Numbered from the stretch's first letter, positions 51,307 through 62,068 are shown. The stretch: DNA of 64,000 nt from Candidatus Entotheonellaceae bacterium (GCA_965238075.1 OZ250173.1:1600001-1664000), one strand, 5' to 3'. The notes: a model not told the origin generated them from the letters alone. Made by a program: numbers and translations.

Positions 51307-52497
51307 ATGCTGGCCCGCCTGCTGCCCCGACATGCCAACACCCCGATAGCCGATGAACTGGCCCGCATGGGGCATTCGGCCCCTGGCAACGTACCCGCCC
51401 CATCCGTCGGACATTTCGCCTGCAAGTTGATCGACGTTCCCCGAGACATCGCCGTCGCTCTGGGTACTTGGCTGCGTCAAGTGCCAAGCGGCTGGTGCGT
51501 CGACGCGCCACACAACGACGCGGTAGATGTCCTGTGGGGCGGCGCGGAGGAATTGCCCGGCTCGTTGCGCGAGGCCGCCAACGATCAGCCGGCGTTGCTG
51601 CCCGTGGCGGCTGCGTTGGAACAGGCGCGCTGCCTGCAAGCGGGCGGCCCGCATGCCTTGGTACTGGGGCAGACGGCGTGGCCGCTGCCGCACCGCACCC
51701 GCGTAATGGGAATTTTGAACGTGACGCCGGATTCGTTTTCCGACGGCGGCCTGTACTGCGAGCCCGAACGCGCGCTGGCGCGTGCCGAGGCCATGCTGGC
51801 AGAGGGCGCCGACCTGATCGACGTCGGCGGCCAGTCATCGCGTCCGGGTTCGGAGCCGGTACCGGCAGCGGTGGAGCAGGCGCGCGTGGTGCCGGTGGTG
51901 CGGGAGATCGTCAAACGCCACAACGCGCCGGTATCAGTGGACACCTACCGGGCCGTCGCCGCCGCCGCTGCCCTGGATGCCGGCGCGGTCATGGTCAACG
52001 ACATCAGCGCCCTGCGCTTCGATCCTGACATGGCGCCGCTGCTCGCCCAACGCGGCGCAGCGGTGGTCCTGATGCACATGCAGGGGACGCCCCGGACTAT
52101 GCAGCAGGCGCCGGCGTATCGCCACGTGGTCGACGATGTCTACGGGTTTTTGCGTGAACGGCTGTACGAAGCCGTGCAGGCCGGCATCGAGCGGCAGCGC
52201 ATCGTGCTGGATCCCGGTTTCGGTTTTGGCAAGACGGTGGCGCACAACCTGGACCTGCTGCGCGGCCTGGACCATCTGGGTGCCCTGGGGCAGCCGCTGC
52301 TGGTCGGCACGTCGCGCAAATCGTTCCTGGGACACGTGCTGCATCGCCCGGTCGACGACCGGCTTGCGGGCAGCGTCGCCAGCGCCCTGTGGGCGGCGCA
52401 GCGGGGCGCGGCTTTGGTCCGCGTGCACGACGTGGGCGCCACCGTGCAGGCGCTGGCTCTGCTCGAAGCCTTGGATAAGCCCTCCGCCGGATCATAA
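51307..52497 (+). CDS. folP: Dihydropteroate synthase with an N-terminal extension
   Basis: MGILNVTPDSFSDGG, SVDT, DPGFGFGK, SRKS, RVHDV. Confidence 0.93.
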   Translation: MLARLLPRHANTPIADELARMGHSAPGNVPAPSVGHFACKLIDVPRDIAVALGTWLRQVPSGWCVDAPHNDAVDVLWGGAEELPGSLREAANDQPALLPVAAALEQARCLQAGGPHALVLGQTAWPLPHRTRVMGILNVTPDSFSDGGLYCEPERALARAEAMLAEGADLIDVGGQSSRPGSEPVPAAVEQARVVPVVREIVKRHNAPVSVDTYRAVAAAAALDAGAVMVNDISALRFDPDMAPLLAQRGAAVVLMHMQGTPRTMQQAPAYRHVVDDVYGFLRERLYEAVQAGIERQRIVLDPGFGFGKTVAHNLDLLRGLDHLGALGQPLLVGTSRKSFLGHVLHRPVDDRLAGSVASALWAAQRGAALVRVHDVGATVQALALLEALDKPSAGS

Positions 52498-52509
52498 GGA
52501 CATCCCGCC

Positions 52510-53895
52510 ATGCCGCCATCGCTAACCGTCTGGAAGGGCTGCCGGGTGACCGTCATGGGCCTCGGCTCATTCGGCGGCGGGATCGGTTTGGCCCGCTATC
52601 TCGCCGAGCAAGGTGCCTCGGTCACGGTGACCGATTTGAAAGACGCCACCGCCTTGCCAGACGCCCTGGAGGCGCTACAGGGCCTGCCCATCCGGTTCGT
52701 ACTGGGCGAGCACCGCGACGGAGATTTCATCGACACCGACCGCGTGTTCGTCAATCCCGCCGTGCCGCTCACCTCGCCGTATCTGCAACTGGCACGGTCG
52801 CGTGGGGTGCCACTGGACAGCGAGCTGAACCTGTTCGTGCGCCAGTGCGCCGGGCGCATCATCGGCATCACCGGCAGCGTCGGTAAAACCACCACCACGT
52901 CGCTGCTGGGCAGCATTCTGCAAACCCACGACGCCCGCACCCTGGTCGGCGGCAACATCGGCGGCTCACTGCTGTCCCGCCTCCCCGACATCGAGCCCGA
53001 CACCCCGGTGGTGCTGGAAATATCCAGCTTCCAACTGGAGCACCTCGACTGGCTTGGCTACAGTCCGCCCTTGGCCGTTGTGCTCAATCTGGCCCCCAAT
53101 CATCTCGACCGCCACGGCACCATGGCGGCTTACCAGGCGGCCAAGGAGGTCATCCTGGCGCACCAGACGCCGGACGACGTGGCGGTCCTCAACTGGGATG
53201 ACCTAACAGTTCGGGACATGGCGGCACGCGGCCGCGGTCGCCGCTTGTTTTACAGCGTCCAGGAGCCTCTGGAAGCCGGTGTCTACCGCGACGGCAGCGC
53301 CTTGATGCTGGCCTCGGGGTGCGAACGCCGCGTGCTCTGTCACGATTCCGACCTGCGTCTACGCGGCCTGCACAACCTCGGCAACGCCGCCGCTGCTGCC
53401 ACTGCCGCCACCACTCTGGGCGTGCCGCCAGCCACCATTGCCGGCGGCCTGCAAACCTTCACCGGCCTGCCGCACCGGCTGGAATGGATCGCCGACAAGG
53501 GCGGCGTCGCCTATTACAACGACTCCAAAGCCACCACGCCGTTTTCCACCCAGTGCGCTCTGCAGGCCTTTGAACAGCCCGTTGTGCTGCTCGCCGGCGG
53601 TTACGACAAAGGCACCCCGTTCGACGACCTCGCGCACGTCATGCAGTCCTGCGTCCGGGTCGCGCTGCTGTACGGCAACACCGCCCCCAAACTCGCCGCC
53701 GCCCTCGAGCGGGTGCCCACACCCCCCGAAATCGTCCAACTCCCCACCCTGGACGCCGCCCTGCACCGCGCCGCTGCCCTCGCCCGGCCCGGCGACGTCG
53801 TTCTCCTCTCCCCCGCCTGCGCGAGCTACGACCAATTTCCCCACTATGAAGCCCGCGGCGACCATTTCCGTGCCCTGGTCGGTAATTTGCCTTAG
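52510..53895 (+). CDS. murD: UDP-MurNAc-L-Ala:D-Glu ligase
   Basis: GITGSVGKTTT, GGNIG, EISSFQL, HLDRH, HRLE, NDSKAT, LSPACAS. Confidence 0.94.
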   Translation: MPPSLTVWKGCRVTVMGLGSFGGGIGLARYLAEQGASVTVTDLKDATALPDALEALQGLPIRFVLGEHRDGDFIDTDRVFVNPAVPLTSPYLQLARSRGVPLDSELNLFVRQCAGRIIGITGSVGKTTTTSLLGSILQTHDARTLVGGNIGGSLLSRLPDIEPDTPVVLEISSFQLEHLDWLGYSPPLAVVLNLAPNHLDRHGTMAAYQAAKEVILAHQTPDDVAVLNWDDLTVRDMAARGRGRRLFYSVQEPLEAGVYRDGSALMLASGCERRVLCHDSDLRLRGLHNLGNAAAAATAATTLGVPPATIAGGLQTFTGLPHRLEWIADKGGVAYYNDSKATTPFSTQCALQAFEQPVVLLAGGYDKGTPFDDLAHVMQSCVRVALLYGNTAPKLAAALERVPTPPEIVQLPTLDAALHRAAALARPGDVVLLSPACASYDQFPHYEARGDHFRALVGNLP

Positions 53896-53942
53896 GCATC
53901 CCGGCTTGCCGTTGAGAGGGATTTATGAGTGGTGTTTAAGGG

Positions 53943-53972
53943 TTGACAGTGCCGTCAGGGCTGCTCTACATT
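53943..53972 (+). promoter_or_regulatory. Putative promoter of the fdh operon
   Basis: TTGACA-N18-TACATT, with a TGAC-N6-GTCA dyad over the -35. Confidence 0.4.
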
Positions 53973-54060
53973 GGCGCTCTTCTCAAGGGTGCCGCCGTAT
54001 TTAATGCAACGCTTTTTCAAACAATCGGCGGTGGTATGAGAGCGGTGCGAGGGACACGAC

Positions 54061-55998
54061 ATGACGGCAAAGTGGGGCATATTCCTCTGTAACTGCCGAC
54101 ACACGCTGGCGCTTGACCCCGAACGGTTCGACCTTCCTACACCACACGTTCAGTTCGCCACCCATCCCGACGACGACTTGCAGGATTTCGTGGACCTCGC
54201 TAACCGTGAGCGCTGCACACACGCCATGATCGCCTGCTGCGATTCACCTGCCCGCTTCGAAGATGCCCTCCGGCCTGACATTGGCCCGAGTTTCAAGACT
54301 CACTTCGTCGATCTCAAGGAATCCTGTTTCGCGGTTCACGCCGACCCGCAGGAAGCACATGACAAGGCCAGCCGTTTGCTGCGCGCGGCGCTGCAGGCGG
54401 CGGAAGTGCAGACAGAACCCCGCTACCTTCCTCTTCGGAGCGATGGACGCGTTCTCATCGTTGCCGACGAGCCGTTGGCCGGGGACCTCGCACGGCGGTT
54501 GGGCAATGCTATCCGACCGATTCTTGTGCAGAGTCCGCACGCGGCTGCCGTCGAGCCGCTGCCTTCCTGGCGGATTTACCGAGGCGAGTTGCTGGAGGTG
54601 TCCGGCCGGCTGGGGGATTTCCGCGCCGTCGTCGGCTTGGCGGGCGGCGAGCAACAGGAACTCGTGGTCGATCAGGTGGTGACATTCGCCTCCGACCCGT
54701 CGGCGGGTCCTACGCGCACCGGTTATCACGTCCTCAGCAGCGCTGATAAGGCTGACCTCAGCCAGCTTGCCACACGCATCGGTGATCTGACCGGCGACTT
54801 CCTGAAGACCGTGCACGTGGCGTACGATGCCGATATCTGCGCCGGCGGCGCGGCCGGCCGACAAGCCTGCGGGGCGTGCATCCCGGCCTGTCCGTACGAG
54901 GCGATCCGGCGTGACCCGACAAACCCGCTGCGCATTGAGGTGGACCATCTGGCCTGCGAGGGATGCGGTGCCTGCAGTTCGGCTTGCCCGACATCGGCCT
55001 TGCGGTTCACGGAGCCGTCGCCGCAGGCGTTGTACGCGCAACTCGCGGCGCTGCTGGCGCCGAACAACGGCAACGCGGATCAGGTGGTGCTCTTTCATTG
55101 CAGCGAACAGGGCAAGCGGCTCATTGAGGAAGCGGGACGACAACCGTTGCCATACCCGGCCAAGGTACTCGGCGTGCAGGTGCCGTGTCTGCGGCACGTC
55201 TCCACCGCCGCCATCCTGGGCGCCTTGCGGCTCGGCGCCGCGGGGGTGGGATTGCTCGGCTGCGCCACATGCCCGCACGGCGAGCGCGCCCTGTTGGACC
55301 GCACACTCGAATTCTGCCGCCTGACACTCGAGGCATTTGAATTAGGCCCGGAGCGACTGCGGCTGTTCGTGACCACGGACGGCGACGAGGCCGAGACCGT
55401 TGCCGACCTGACACGTTTCGCCGAATCTCTGCCCCCGGCGCCCATCCACTGGAACGGCAAGCCCTGGCGTGTCAGCGGCAATCGGCAGGCGCTGACGGAG
55501 ATCGTCGGCACGTTCATTGAACAACGCCAGCGCGAGCCCGGTCGGCAGCCCGTTGACGCCGCGCTGCCGTTCGCCACGGCCGAGGTGGAAGCGGAAGGCT
55601 GCACGCTGTGCCGCTCGTGCGTCAACGTTTGCCCGACACACGCCTTCCGGCTCGATGAGCCGACGTTCTCCCTGCAATTCAACCACATTGCCTGCGTGGC
55701 CTGCGGGCTTTGCGAGACGCTGTGCCCGGAGCACGTCATCAGCCTGCAACACGAGGTGGTACTTTCACGCGAGGCGCTCGACTACCGCACCGTTGTGCGC
55801 GACGAGATGGTGGCCTGCTTGCAATGCAACAAGCCTTTCGTCAACCGGAAATCCCTGGACGCCATTCTGGCGAAGGTGCTGCAACTCGGACCGCTCATGG
55901 ACGCATTCGACGGCGAGCGCCAGAATCTGCTGAGGATGTGTCCCGACTGCCGGGCGGTGGCCGCCATGCGGGAAGTCGAACAAGGTTGGGAGCCGTAA
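54061..55998 (+). CDS. Poly-ferredoxin with an MvhD/FlpD-like domain (FDH-associated Fe-S protein)
   Basis: IFLCNC, four CxxCxxCxxxCP motifs, FHC..VPC..GC..CPHG, terminal CxxC..CPDC. Confidence 0.85.
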   Translation: MTAKWGIFLCNCRHTLALDPERFDLPTPHVQFATHPDDDLQDFVDLANRERCTHAMIACCDSPARFEDALRPDIGPSFKTHFVDLKESCFAVHADPQEAHDKASRLLRAALQAAEVQTEPRYLPLRSDGRVLIVADEPLAGDLARRLGNAIRPILVQSPHAAAVEPLPSWRIYRGELLEVSGRLGDFRAVVGLAGGEQQELVVDQVVTFASDPSAGPTRTGYHVLSSADKADLSQLATRIGDLTGDFLKTVHVAYDADICAGGAAGRQACGACIPACPYEAIRRDPTNPLRIEVDHLACEGCGACSSACPTSALRFTEPSPQALYAQLAALLAPNNGNADQVVLFHCSEQGKRLIEEAGRQPLPYPAKVLGVQVPCLRHVSTAAILGALRLGAAGVGLLGCATCPHGERALLDRTLEFCRLTLEAFELGPERLRLFVTTDGDEAETVADLTRFAESLPPAPIHWNGKPWRVSGNRQALTEIVGTFIEQRQREPGRQPVDAALPFATAEVEAEGCTLCRSCVNVCPTHAFRLDEPTFSLQFNHIACVACGLCETLCPEHVISLQHEVVLSREALDYRTVVRDEMVACLQCNKPFVNRKSLDAILAKVLQLGPLMDAFDGERQNLLRMCPDCRAVAAMREVEQGWEP

Positions 55999-56798
55999 TG
56001 CCGTACGTCTACCGCTACGAAAACGGCGTTTTCGCACAGTTCGAAAAGCCGGTGGTGCGCGAGCAGCCACTCACCATCACCGTCAACGGCGTCGAATTGG
56101 CGACCTTCCTGTGCACGCCGATGAAGCTGGATTATCTGGTGATCGGGTTCCTGTGCTTCGAGGGCATCATCAGCGGTTTGGACGATATCCGCGCCTTGGA
56201 CGTCGACGCCGACAACGGTGCGGTGGCGGTCGAATTGGGCACCGCCCTGGTACAGCCAAAGAAACGGGTCTTCACGTCCGGTTGCGGCATGGGATTGACG
56301 TTCAGCATCGAGACGTCGCACTACCCGCCGCTGCTCAGCGATTTGAGCTTGGCGCCGGAGGAGGTCTTTCCCCTCATGCGGCAGTTGTTCGACGGCGCCG
56401 ACATGTACCGGGCGTCGCGCGGTATTCACGCCGCGGCCCTGAGCGACGGCGACCAGATTTTACTGCTGGCGGAGGACGTGGGGCGGCACAACGCCCTCGA
56501 CAAGATTCTCGGCGAGGCGTTGACGCTGGGCATCCCCACGCAGGGCCGGATTCTCCTGACCACCGGGCGCATCTCGTCGGAAATGCTGCGCAAGGGCGCC
56601 CATATGGGAACGCCGTTTCTGATCTCGCGCACCTCGCCGACGACGTTGTCCATCGAGGCCGCCAAGCGGCTCGGCGTTACAGTCATCGGCTACGTGCGGC
56701 GCAACAGTTTCAACGTCTACACGCACCCCGAGCGCCTGCTGCACCAGCCATCTGCCGCGAGGGTGGAAACGGAAGCCGTTGCGGTGTCGGGGGACTGA
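55998..56798 (+). CDS. fdhD: Formate dehydrogenase accessory sulfurtransferase
   Basis: EQPLTI, TSGCG, HAAAL, EDVGRHNALDK, TGRISSEM. Confidence 0.92.
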   Translation: MPYVYRYENGVFAQFEKPVVREQPLTITVNGVELATFLCTPMKLDYLVIGFLCFEGIISGLDDIRALDVDADNGAVAVELGTALVQPKKRVFTSGCGMGLTFSIETSHYPPLLSDLSLAPEEVFPLMRQLFDGADMYRASRGIHAAALSDGDQILLLAEDVGRHNALDKILGEALTLGIPTQGRILLTTGRISSEMLRKGAHMGTPFLISRTSPTTLSIEAAKRLGVTVIGYVRRNSFNVYTHPERLLHQPSAARVETEAVAVSGD

Positions 56799-56801
56799 CG
56801 C

Positions 56802-57227
56802 ATGCGCGACAGGAAAAAACGCGGGCGCGGCAGAAAGCAGGGCAAGGAGTTCATGGACGCCGCCCTCGACGCTTACAAGCGCCACTTGGCGCTGCACAAA
56901 TGGCGGCAGGTGATGGACGTGCAGGCGTCCGTCAACATAGCGCCGGAGCAAGCCGTCCGCGAGGCGGGGCGGTTCCCGGGTCTGGGACCTTACCAGGACG
57001 TTTGGGAGCGCTGGTGGGACGCACAGGTGGTCGCTACCGCTGTCTCCGAGGCGCCGTTATTCGAACGCATCGAGGCAGCCGTGGGTGGGGCGCTCAACGA
57101 GGAGATCACCGCCCGGCGGCAGCGCGGTGACGCGCCGCTTGAGGATAGTTTGTCCTACAAGATGTTTGTGGATCAGGCGTTGGATCGTCTGTTTGAGGAA
57201 GAGTCCGGCAGTCTGGAAGAACTGTGA
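56802..57227 (+). CDS. Hypothetical protein in the fdh operon
   Basis: 141-aa ORF tightly packed between fdhD and the TorD-like gene. Confidence 0.7.
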   Translation: MRDRKKRGRGRKQGKEFMDAALDAYKRHLALHKWRQVMDVQASVNIAPEQAVREAGRFPGLGPYQDVWERWWDAQVVATAVSEAPLFERIEAAVGGALNEEITARRQRGDAPLEDSLSYKMFVDQALDRLFEEESGSLEEL

Positions 57228-57239
57228 GCGGAGGTGGGC

Positions 57240-57962
57240 ATGCTTCAGGACCACGACTTCATACAGTTTCGACAGACGTATTACCGCCTGTTCGTGCAAC
57301 TGTTGTGGAAGGAGCCGGAGACGGGTTTTGTGGCGGCCCTGCGCGACGACATGCACCCGCGCACCGAAGCCGCGGCGGCGGTGCATCCCCTGATGGGCAG
57401 CGGCTGGCGAATCATTGACGACTACCTTGCCGACCACCCGCCTGGTGGGGTGGCGATGGAATTCAGCCAGCTGTTTCTGGAACCGTTCGCCCGGGTGGTT
57501 CGGCCCTACGCCTCGTATTACCTGACCGGGCAATTCTTCACAGAGCCCCTGAAAACGTGGCGCGGTTTCCTCAAGCAGTTGGGCATTGAGAAACCGCAGG
57601 GCTTTACCGATCCCGAAGACGTGCTGGCGTTCGAGTTGGACGTCATGCGGTGGCTGATCGACAAACAGGCGGCGGCGCCCGATGACGCAGACCGCTGGTT
57701 GCGCCTGCAAGTCTCGTGTCTCAAGGAACATTTGCTGGTCTGGGCGCCGAATTGCGCGGCCGATATCGAACAGGCCCCGCAGGCGGCCTTTTATCGCGGC
57801 GCGGCGCAGTTGTTGCGCGGCTTTCTGAAAGTCGAGCAAAGCCTGTTCCGCGACTGGGGTCTGGACAAGGTGGCCACGCTTGCCGAAGCCCGCGCCCAAT
57901 ACGGCGCCGGGCCGGAGTGGCGCGGGCCGTTGTTCGACGTGGCGGACGAAGAGGTTGAGTGA
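57240..57962 (+). CDS. TorD/DmsD family molybdoenzyme chaperone
   Basis: EFSQLF, PYASYY, PEDVLAFEL, EHLLVW, FYRGAA. Confidence 0.87.
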   Translation: MLQDHDFIQFRQTYYRLFVQLLWKEPETGFVAALRDDMHPRTEAAAAVHPLMGSGWRIIDDYLADHPPGGVAMEFSQLFLEPFARVVRPYASYYLTGQFFTEPLKTWRGFLKQLGIEKPQGFTDPEDVLAFELDVMRWLIDKQAAAPDDADRWLRLQVSCLKEHLLVWAPNCAADIEQAPQAAFYRGAAQLLRGFLKVEQSLFRDWGLDKVATLAEARAQYGAGPEWRGPLFDVADEEVE

Positions 57963-57999
57963 GCGTGTGCAAACCGGCATCCGATAAGGAGGTGAGCAG

Positions 58000-58248
58000 G
58001 TGATCGCAGGACGCATCAAGGCACTGGACGTTGCCAATCGCAAAGGCATCATTACCACGCACGAGGGCGAAGACGTCACCATCACGTTTCCCGACGCCGC
58101 GGTGATCGAGGTGGCCGAGCCCGAAACCATGGGCACGATGGGGGGCGACCTGGGCGACTTGCAGGAAGGCTTCGAGGTGGAGGTCGAAGTCGCCGAGCGC
58201 GGCGCCGATGGCGATTTCCCCTGCGCCTCATTGCTGTGTGTCAGCTAG
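58000..58248 (+). CDS. Small acidic hypothetical protein
   Basis: GTG start behind AAGGAGGT; alternating beta-strand pattern. Confidence 0.65.
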   Translation: MIAGRIKALDVANRKGIITTHEGEDVTITFPDAAVIEVAEPETMGTMGGDLGDLQEGFEVEVEVAERGADGDFPCASLLCVS

Positions 58249-58272
58249 CGGCCATAGACAAAGGAGACAGGC

Positions 58273-58482
58273 ATGTCACGAGATGGTGAATCCCAAGCAG
58301 GACAGGCGCGGCGTACGTTTCTCGCCAGAATGCTGACGGGCCTGGGCGCAGCGGCGGCGTTGCTTTCCCGCCCCCGGCGCGGGCGCGCGGCGGCGCAGCC
58401 CGAATCTGTGTCGGCCAAAGGGCCGATCTTGTATCGCCGTACCGCGGAGACCGAGCGTTATTACCGAACCTTGTATCAATGA
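58273..58482 (+). CDS. Small Tat-signal protein of formate dehydrogenase regions
   Basis: ARRTFL twin-arginine motif and YRRT..TERYYRTL tail, directly before fdhA. Confidence 0.8.
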   Translation: MSRDGESQAGQARRTFLARMLTGLGAAAALLSRPRRGRAAAQPESVSAKGPILYRRTAETERYYRTLYQ

Positions 58483-58520
58483 TAAGGCTTGCTATCCATC
58501 GTTATTAAGGAGAACAGACG

Positions 58521-61355
58521 ATGAAACTCATCCGCCGGCAGGACCACGGCGACCCGGCGTTAAAGCCGGGATGGCCGCAAGCCCTGAACCCGCGCCTCGA
58601 CCGGCGTCATTTTCTGCGCGCCGCCGGCCTCGGCGGCCTGGCCGCCTCGATGACGGCGGGCTTGGTCAAGGAAACAGAAGCCGCCCAGGACCCGGAGGCA
58701 TTGAATCTCCCGCAGTTGGAACAAGTCAAAACAATCTGCGGCAACTGTGCCGTCGGCTGCGGCTTCGTGGGCGAGGTGCAGAACGGGGTTTGGGTAGGCC
58801 AGGAGCCGTGGTTCGAGCACCCCATCAACCTCGGCAGCCTGTGCTCCAAGGGCGCTGCGGCGCGCGAGCACGTCATCAGCGAGAAGCGCCTGCGCTATCC
58901 CATGAAGCGCGTCAACGGGCAGTGGCAGCGGCTGTCGTGGGATCAGGCCATGAGCGAGATCGTGGCCAAGCTCCAGGAAATCCGCGAGGAGCACGGGCCA
59001 GACGCCCTCATGCTCCTCGGCTCGGCGCACCACAACAACGAAACCGCCTACGCGCTGCGCAAGTTCGCCGCCTTCTGGGGTTCCAACAACATCGACCACC
59101 AGGCACGCATCTGCCACTCCACCACCGTCGCCGGACTGGCCAATGTGTGGGGCTACGGCGCCATGACCAACTCGATGAACGACATCCGCCACAGCCGCAG
59201 CATCATGATCATCGGCGAGAACGTCTGCACCTCGCACCCCATCGCCATGCAGCACATCCTGACGGCAAAGGAGGTGAACCGGGCGCAGGTGATCGTCGTC
59301 GACCCGCGCTTCAGCAAGACGGCGGCGTTCGCCAACCAGTACGTCCGCCTCCGCTCCGGCACCGACGTGGCGTTCATTTACGGCCTGATTTACATCATTC
59401 TGAAGAACGGCTGGGAAGACAAGCGCATGCTGAACGAGCGCACCTACGGCCTGCAGGCGCTGGTGGACGAGGTGGGTAAGTTCGATCCGGATACGGTGGA
59501 GAACATCACCGGCGTGTCGCCGGCCGAGTTGGAGCGCATTGCCAGAACCATGGCGGACAATCGGCCGGGCACGGTCATCTGGGCGATGGGCGGCACGCAG
59601 CACACCAATGGCACGTCGATCACCCGCTCCTACTGCGCCCTGCAGCTGGTGCTCGGCAACATGGGCGTGCCGGGCGGCGGCACCAACGTCTTCCGCGGCC
59701 ACGACAACGTGCAAGGCGCCACCGACCTCGGGGTGCTCTCCAACACCCTGCCCGGCTACTACGGCTTGGGCGCCGGGGCATGGAATCACTGGGCGAACGT
59801 CTGGGGCACCGACGCGGAGGAGCTGAAGGCGCGCTTCACCAACGAGAAGATGATGCAGAAAGTGGGCTTTACGGTGGCCCGCTGGTACGAGGGCGTGCTG
59901 CTCGACGCCGAGGAACTGGGGCAGGACGTGAACGTCCACGCCGCCTTTTACTGGGGGCACTCGACGAACTGCCAGTCGCAGCTCGACCGCATCAAGCGCG
60001 CCCTGGAAAAGGTGGACCTGCTGGTCGACATCGATCCGTTCGTCACCACCACCTCGATTCTGCCGGACCGCCCGGATGGCGTCTACATCCTGCCGGCGGC
60101 GACGGTCTACGAGCAGTACGGCTCGGTGACCAACTCCAACCGCGACATCCAGTGGCGCAACCGCGTGGTCGCGCCGGTGTGGGAATCGCGCTCCGACTTG
60201 GCCATTCTTCTCGACTTGGCCGAACGCCTGGGATTCAAGGACGGCCTGACCCGCAACACGCAGGCCGCCTGGGAGGGCGTGCCGGAGAGCATGCAGGACG
60301 TGAAGGAACTGCCGGAGGAGACCTACGCGTCGATCATCCGGGAATGGAACCTCGGCATGCGCACCATTGGCATGACCGGACAGACGTACGAGCGCATCAA
60401 ACGCCAGCAGGAATGGGCGCACGCCTTCGACATCAAGACGAAAAAGGCCATCGGTGGGCCGGTGGACGGCGAGCAGTGGGGCCTGCCGTGGCCGTGCTGG
60501 ACCGAGCAGCACCCGGGCACCCACATCCTGTACCGCACCGACATTCCGGTGTCGCAGGGCGGCTTGGGTTTCCGGGCGCGTTGGGGGACGCAGGCGCCGG
60601 ACGGCGACACGCTGCTGGCGGCGAACGGTTCCGCCCCGGCGAGGAGTTCGATCAACGGCGGCTACGCGGAGTTGAAGGACTGGAAGACGGACCTGACGGG
60701 TCAGGTATTCGCGGACGCCATGGCCAAGGAGTTGGCGCCGTTCGGCAATGGCCGCGCGCGGTTCAATTCGTGGAACATTCCCGATCCCGTGCCGGCGCAC
60801 CGCGAGCCGATTCACAGCCCGCGGCCCGACCTGATCGAGCAATGGCCGACGTATGACGACGTGAAGGACCATTACCGCGTGCCAACCCTGTTCAAGAGTC
60901 TGCAAAAGCTGGACTGGGTAAAGGACTACCCGATCATCCTGAGCAGCGGCCGGCAGGTGGAATTCGAGGGCGGCGGCAACAGCGAGCGTGCCTGCTGGTG
61001 GCTGGTGGAGCTACAACCGGAAATGTACGTGGAAATTCACCCCAAGCTGGCAAACGACCATCGCATCAGGCACGGCGACTGGGTATGGATTGAGAGTCCC
61101 GAAGACCAGGACGGCAAGCCGAGCCGCATCAAGGTGAAGGCCAAGGTCACCAAGCGAGTGAACCCCGACATGGTCTATCTACCCTTTCACTGGGGCGGCA
61201 TGCTGGAGGGCGAATCCCTGGCCAGCAAGTACCCCGCGGGTTACGTCCCGTACGGCTTGGGCGAATCTGCCAACATCGTGACCAATTATGGCTATGACCG
61301 GGTGACCCAGATGCAGGAAACCAAGACCGGCCTGTGCCGCATCAGCAAAGCCTGA
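58521..61355 (+). CDS. fdhA: Formate dehydrogenase alpha subunit (Mo/W-bisPGD, Cys ligand, Tat-exported)
   Basis: DRRHFL, CGNCAVGC..LCSKG, ARICHSTT, RGHDNVQG, QETKTGLC. Confidence 0.94.
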   Translation: MKLIRRQDHGDPALKPGWPQALNPRLDRRHFLRAAGLGGLAASMTAGLVKETEAAQDPEALNLPQLEQVKTICGNCAVGCGFVGEVQNGVWVGQEPWFEHPINLGSLCSKGAAAREHVISEKRLRYPMKRVNGQWQRLSWDQAMSEIVAKLQEIREEHGPDALMLLGSAHHNNETAYALRKFAAFWGSNNIDHQARICHSTTVAGLANVWGYGAMTNSMNDIRHSRSIMIIGENVCTSHPIAMQHILTAKEVNRAQVIVVDPRFSKTAAFANQYVRLRSGTDVAFIYGLIYIILKNGWEDKRMLNERTYGLQALVDEVGKFDPDTVENITGVSPAELERIARTMADNRPGTVIWAMGGTQHTNGTSITRSYCALQLVLGNMGVPGGGTNVFRGHDNVQGATDLGVLSNTLPGYYGLGAGAWNHWANVWGTDAEELKARFTNEKMMQKVGFTVARWYEGVLLDAEELGQDVNVHAAFYWGHSTNCQSQLDRIKRALEKVDLLVDIDPFVTTTSILPDRPDGVYILPAATVYEQYGSVTNSNRDIQWRNRVVAPVWESRSDLAILLDLAERLGFKDGLTRNTQAAWEGVPESMQDVKELPEETYASIIREWNLGMRTIGMTGQTYERIKRQQEWAHAFDIKTKKAIGGPVDGEQWGLPWPCWTEQHPGTHILYRTDIPVSQGGLGFRARWGTQAPDGDTLLAANGSAPARSSINGGYAELKDWKTDLTGQVFADAMAKELAPFGNGRARFNSWNIPDPVPAHREPIHSPRPDLIEQWPTYDDVKDHYRVPTLFKSLQKLDWVKDYPIILSSGRQVEFEGGGNSERACWWLVELQPEMYVEIHPKLANDHRIRHGDWVWIESPEDQDGKPSRIKVKAKVTKRVNPDMVYLPFHWGGMLEGESLASKYPAGYVPYGLGESANIVTNYGYDRVTQMQETKTGLCRISKA

Positions 61356-61389
61356 GCAGGCGCATACCGCCAAAAAAGGAGCCGAGAGC

Positions 61390-62043
61390 ATGGCACAGAC
61401 GCAAGTAACCATCCCGTTTCGTGAGTCGGAGGGACCCCAGGCAAAGCACGCCCCGGCGCGCTTGAAGTTCTACGTGGACGTGAAACGCTGCATCGAGTGC
61501 GGCGGCTGTGAGGTGGCCTGCAAGAACGAAAACAACGTGCCCGAAGGCATCGCGCGCATCCGCGTCGTGACGGTGAATGAGGGCGAGGCCGGCGAGTCCA
61601 ACGTGGCGGTGCCGTGCATGCACTGCTCCAAGGCGCCGTGCGTGGCGGTGTGTCCGGTGGACGCGTTGTATCACCGCGAAGACGGCATCGTGCAGGTAAA
61701 CAAAGAGACGTGCATCGGTTGCGGGTACTGCCTGTACGCCTGCCCGTTCGGGGCGCCACAGTTTCCCAAATCGTCGCCGTTTGGCGCGCGCGGCGTCATG
61801 GACAAGTGCACGTATTGTGCAGGCGGCCCCGAAGAACCGTTCTCGGACCGTGAGCGTCGGCTGTACGGCTCCAACCGCATCGCCGAGGGCAAGCTGCCCA
61901 TGTGCGCGTCGATCTGTTCGACCAAGGCGCTGGTTGCCGGTGACGGTGAGGAAGTGGCCAACGTGGTGCGTCAGCGTATGGCGGCGCGCGGTTCTGGCGC
62001 TGGCGGCTGGGCCTGGGGGACGGCTTACCCGGAGAGCAAGTAG
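61390..62043 (+). CDS. fdhB: Formate dehydrogenase Fe-S beta subunit (FDH3 type)
   Basis: CIECGGCEVACK, CMHC..APC, CIGCGYCLYACPFGAPQFP, MDKCTYCAGGP. Confidence 0.92.
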   Translation: MAQTQVTIPFRESEGPQAKHAPARLKFYVDVKRCIECGGCEVACKNENNVPEGIARIRVVTVNEGEAGESNVAVPCMHCSKAPCVAVCPVDALYHREDGIVQVNKETCIGCGYCLYACPFGAPQFPKSSPFGARGVMDKCTYCAGGPEEPFSDRERRLYGSNRIAEGKLPMCASICSTKALVAGDGEEVANVVRQRMAARGSGAGGWAWGTAYPESK

Positions 62044-62068
62044 GTCGGAGCAGGGCAGCGGAATCCGA
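62040..62068 (+). repeat. Degenerate GTAG REP overlapping the fdhB stop
   Basis: GTAGGTCGGAGCAGGGCAGCGGAATCCGA, similar to the REP rebuilt at 8430-8659. Confidence 0.6.

Noticed and set aside
56270-56290. Single-Cys motif (TSGCG) in FdhD as a novelty
   Set aside because: Single-Cys FdhD variants are known
59100-59125. Selenocysteine in FdhA
   Set aside because: The active-site codon is TGC (RICH), with no in-frame TGA
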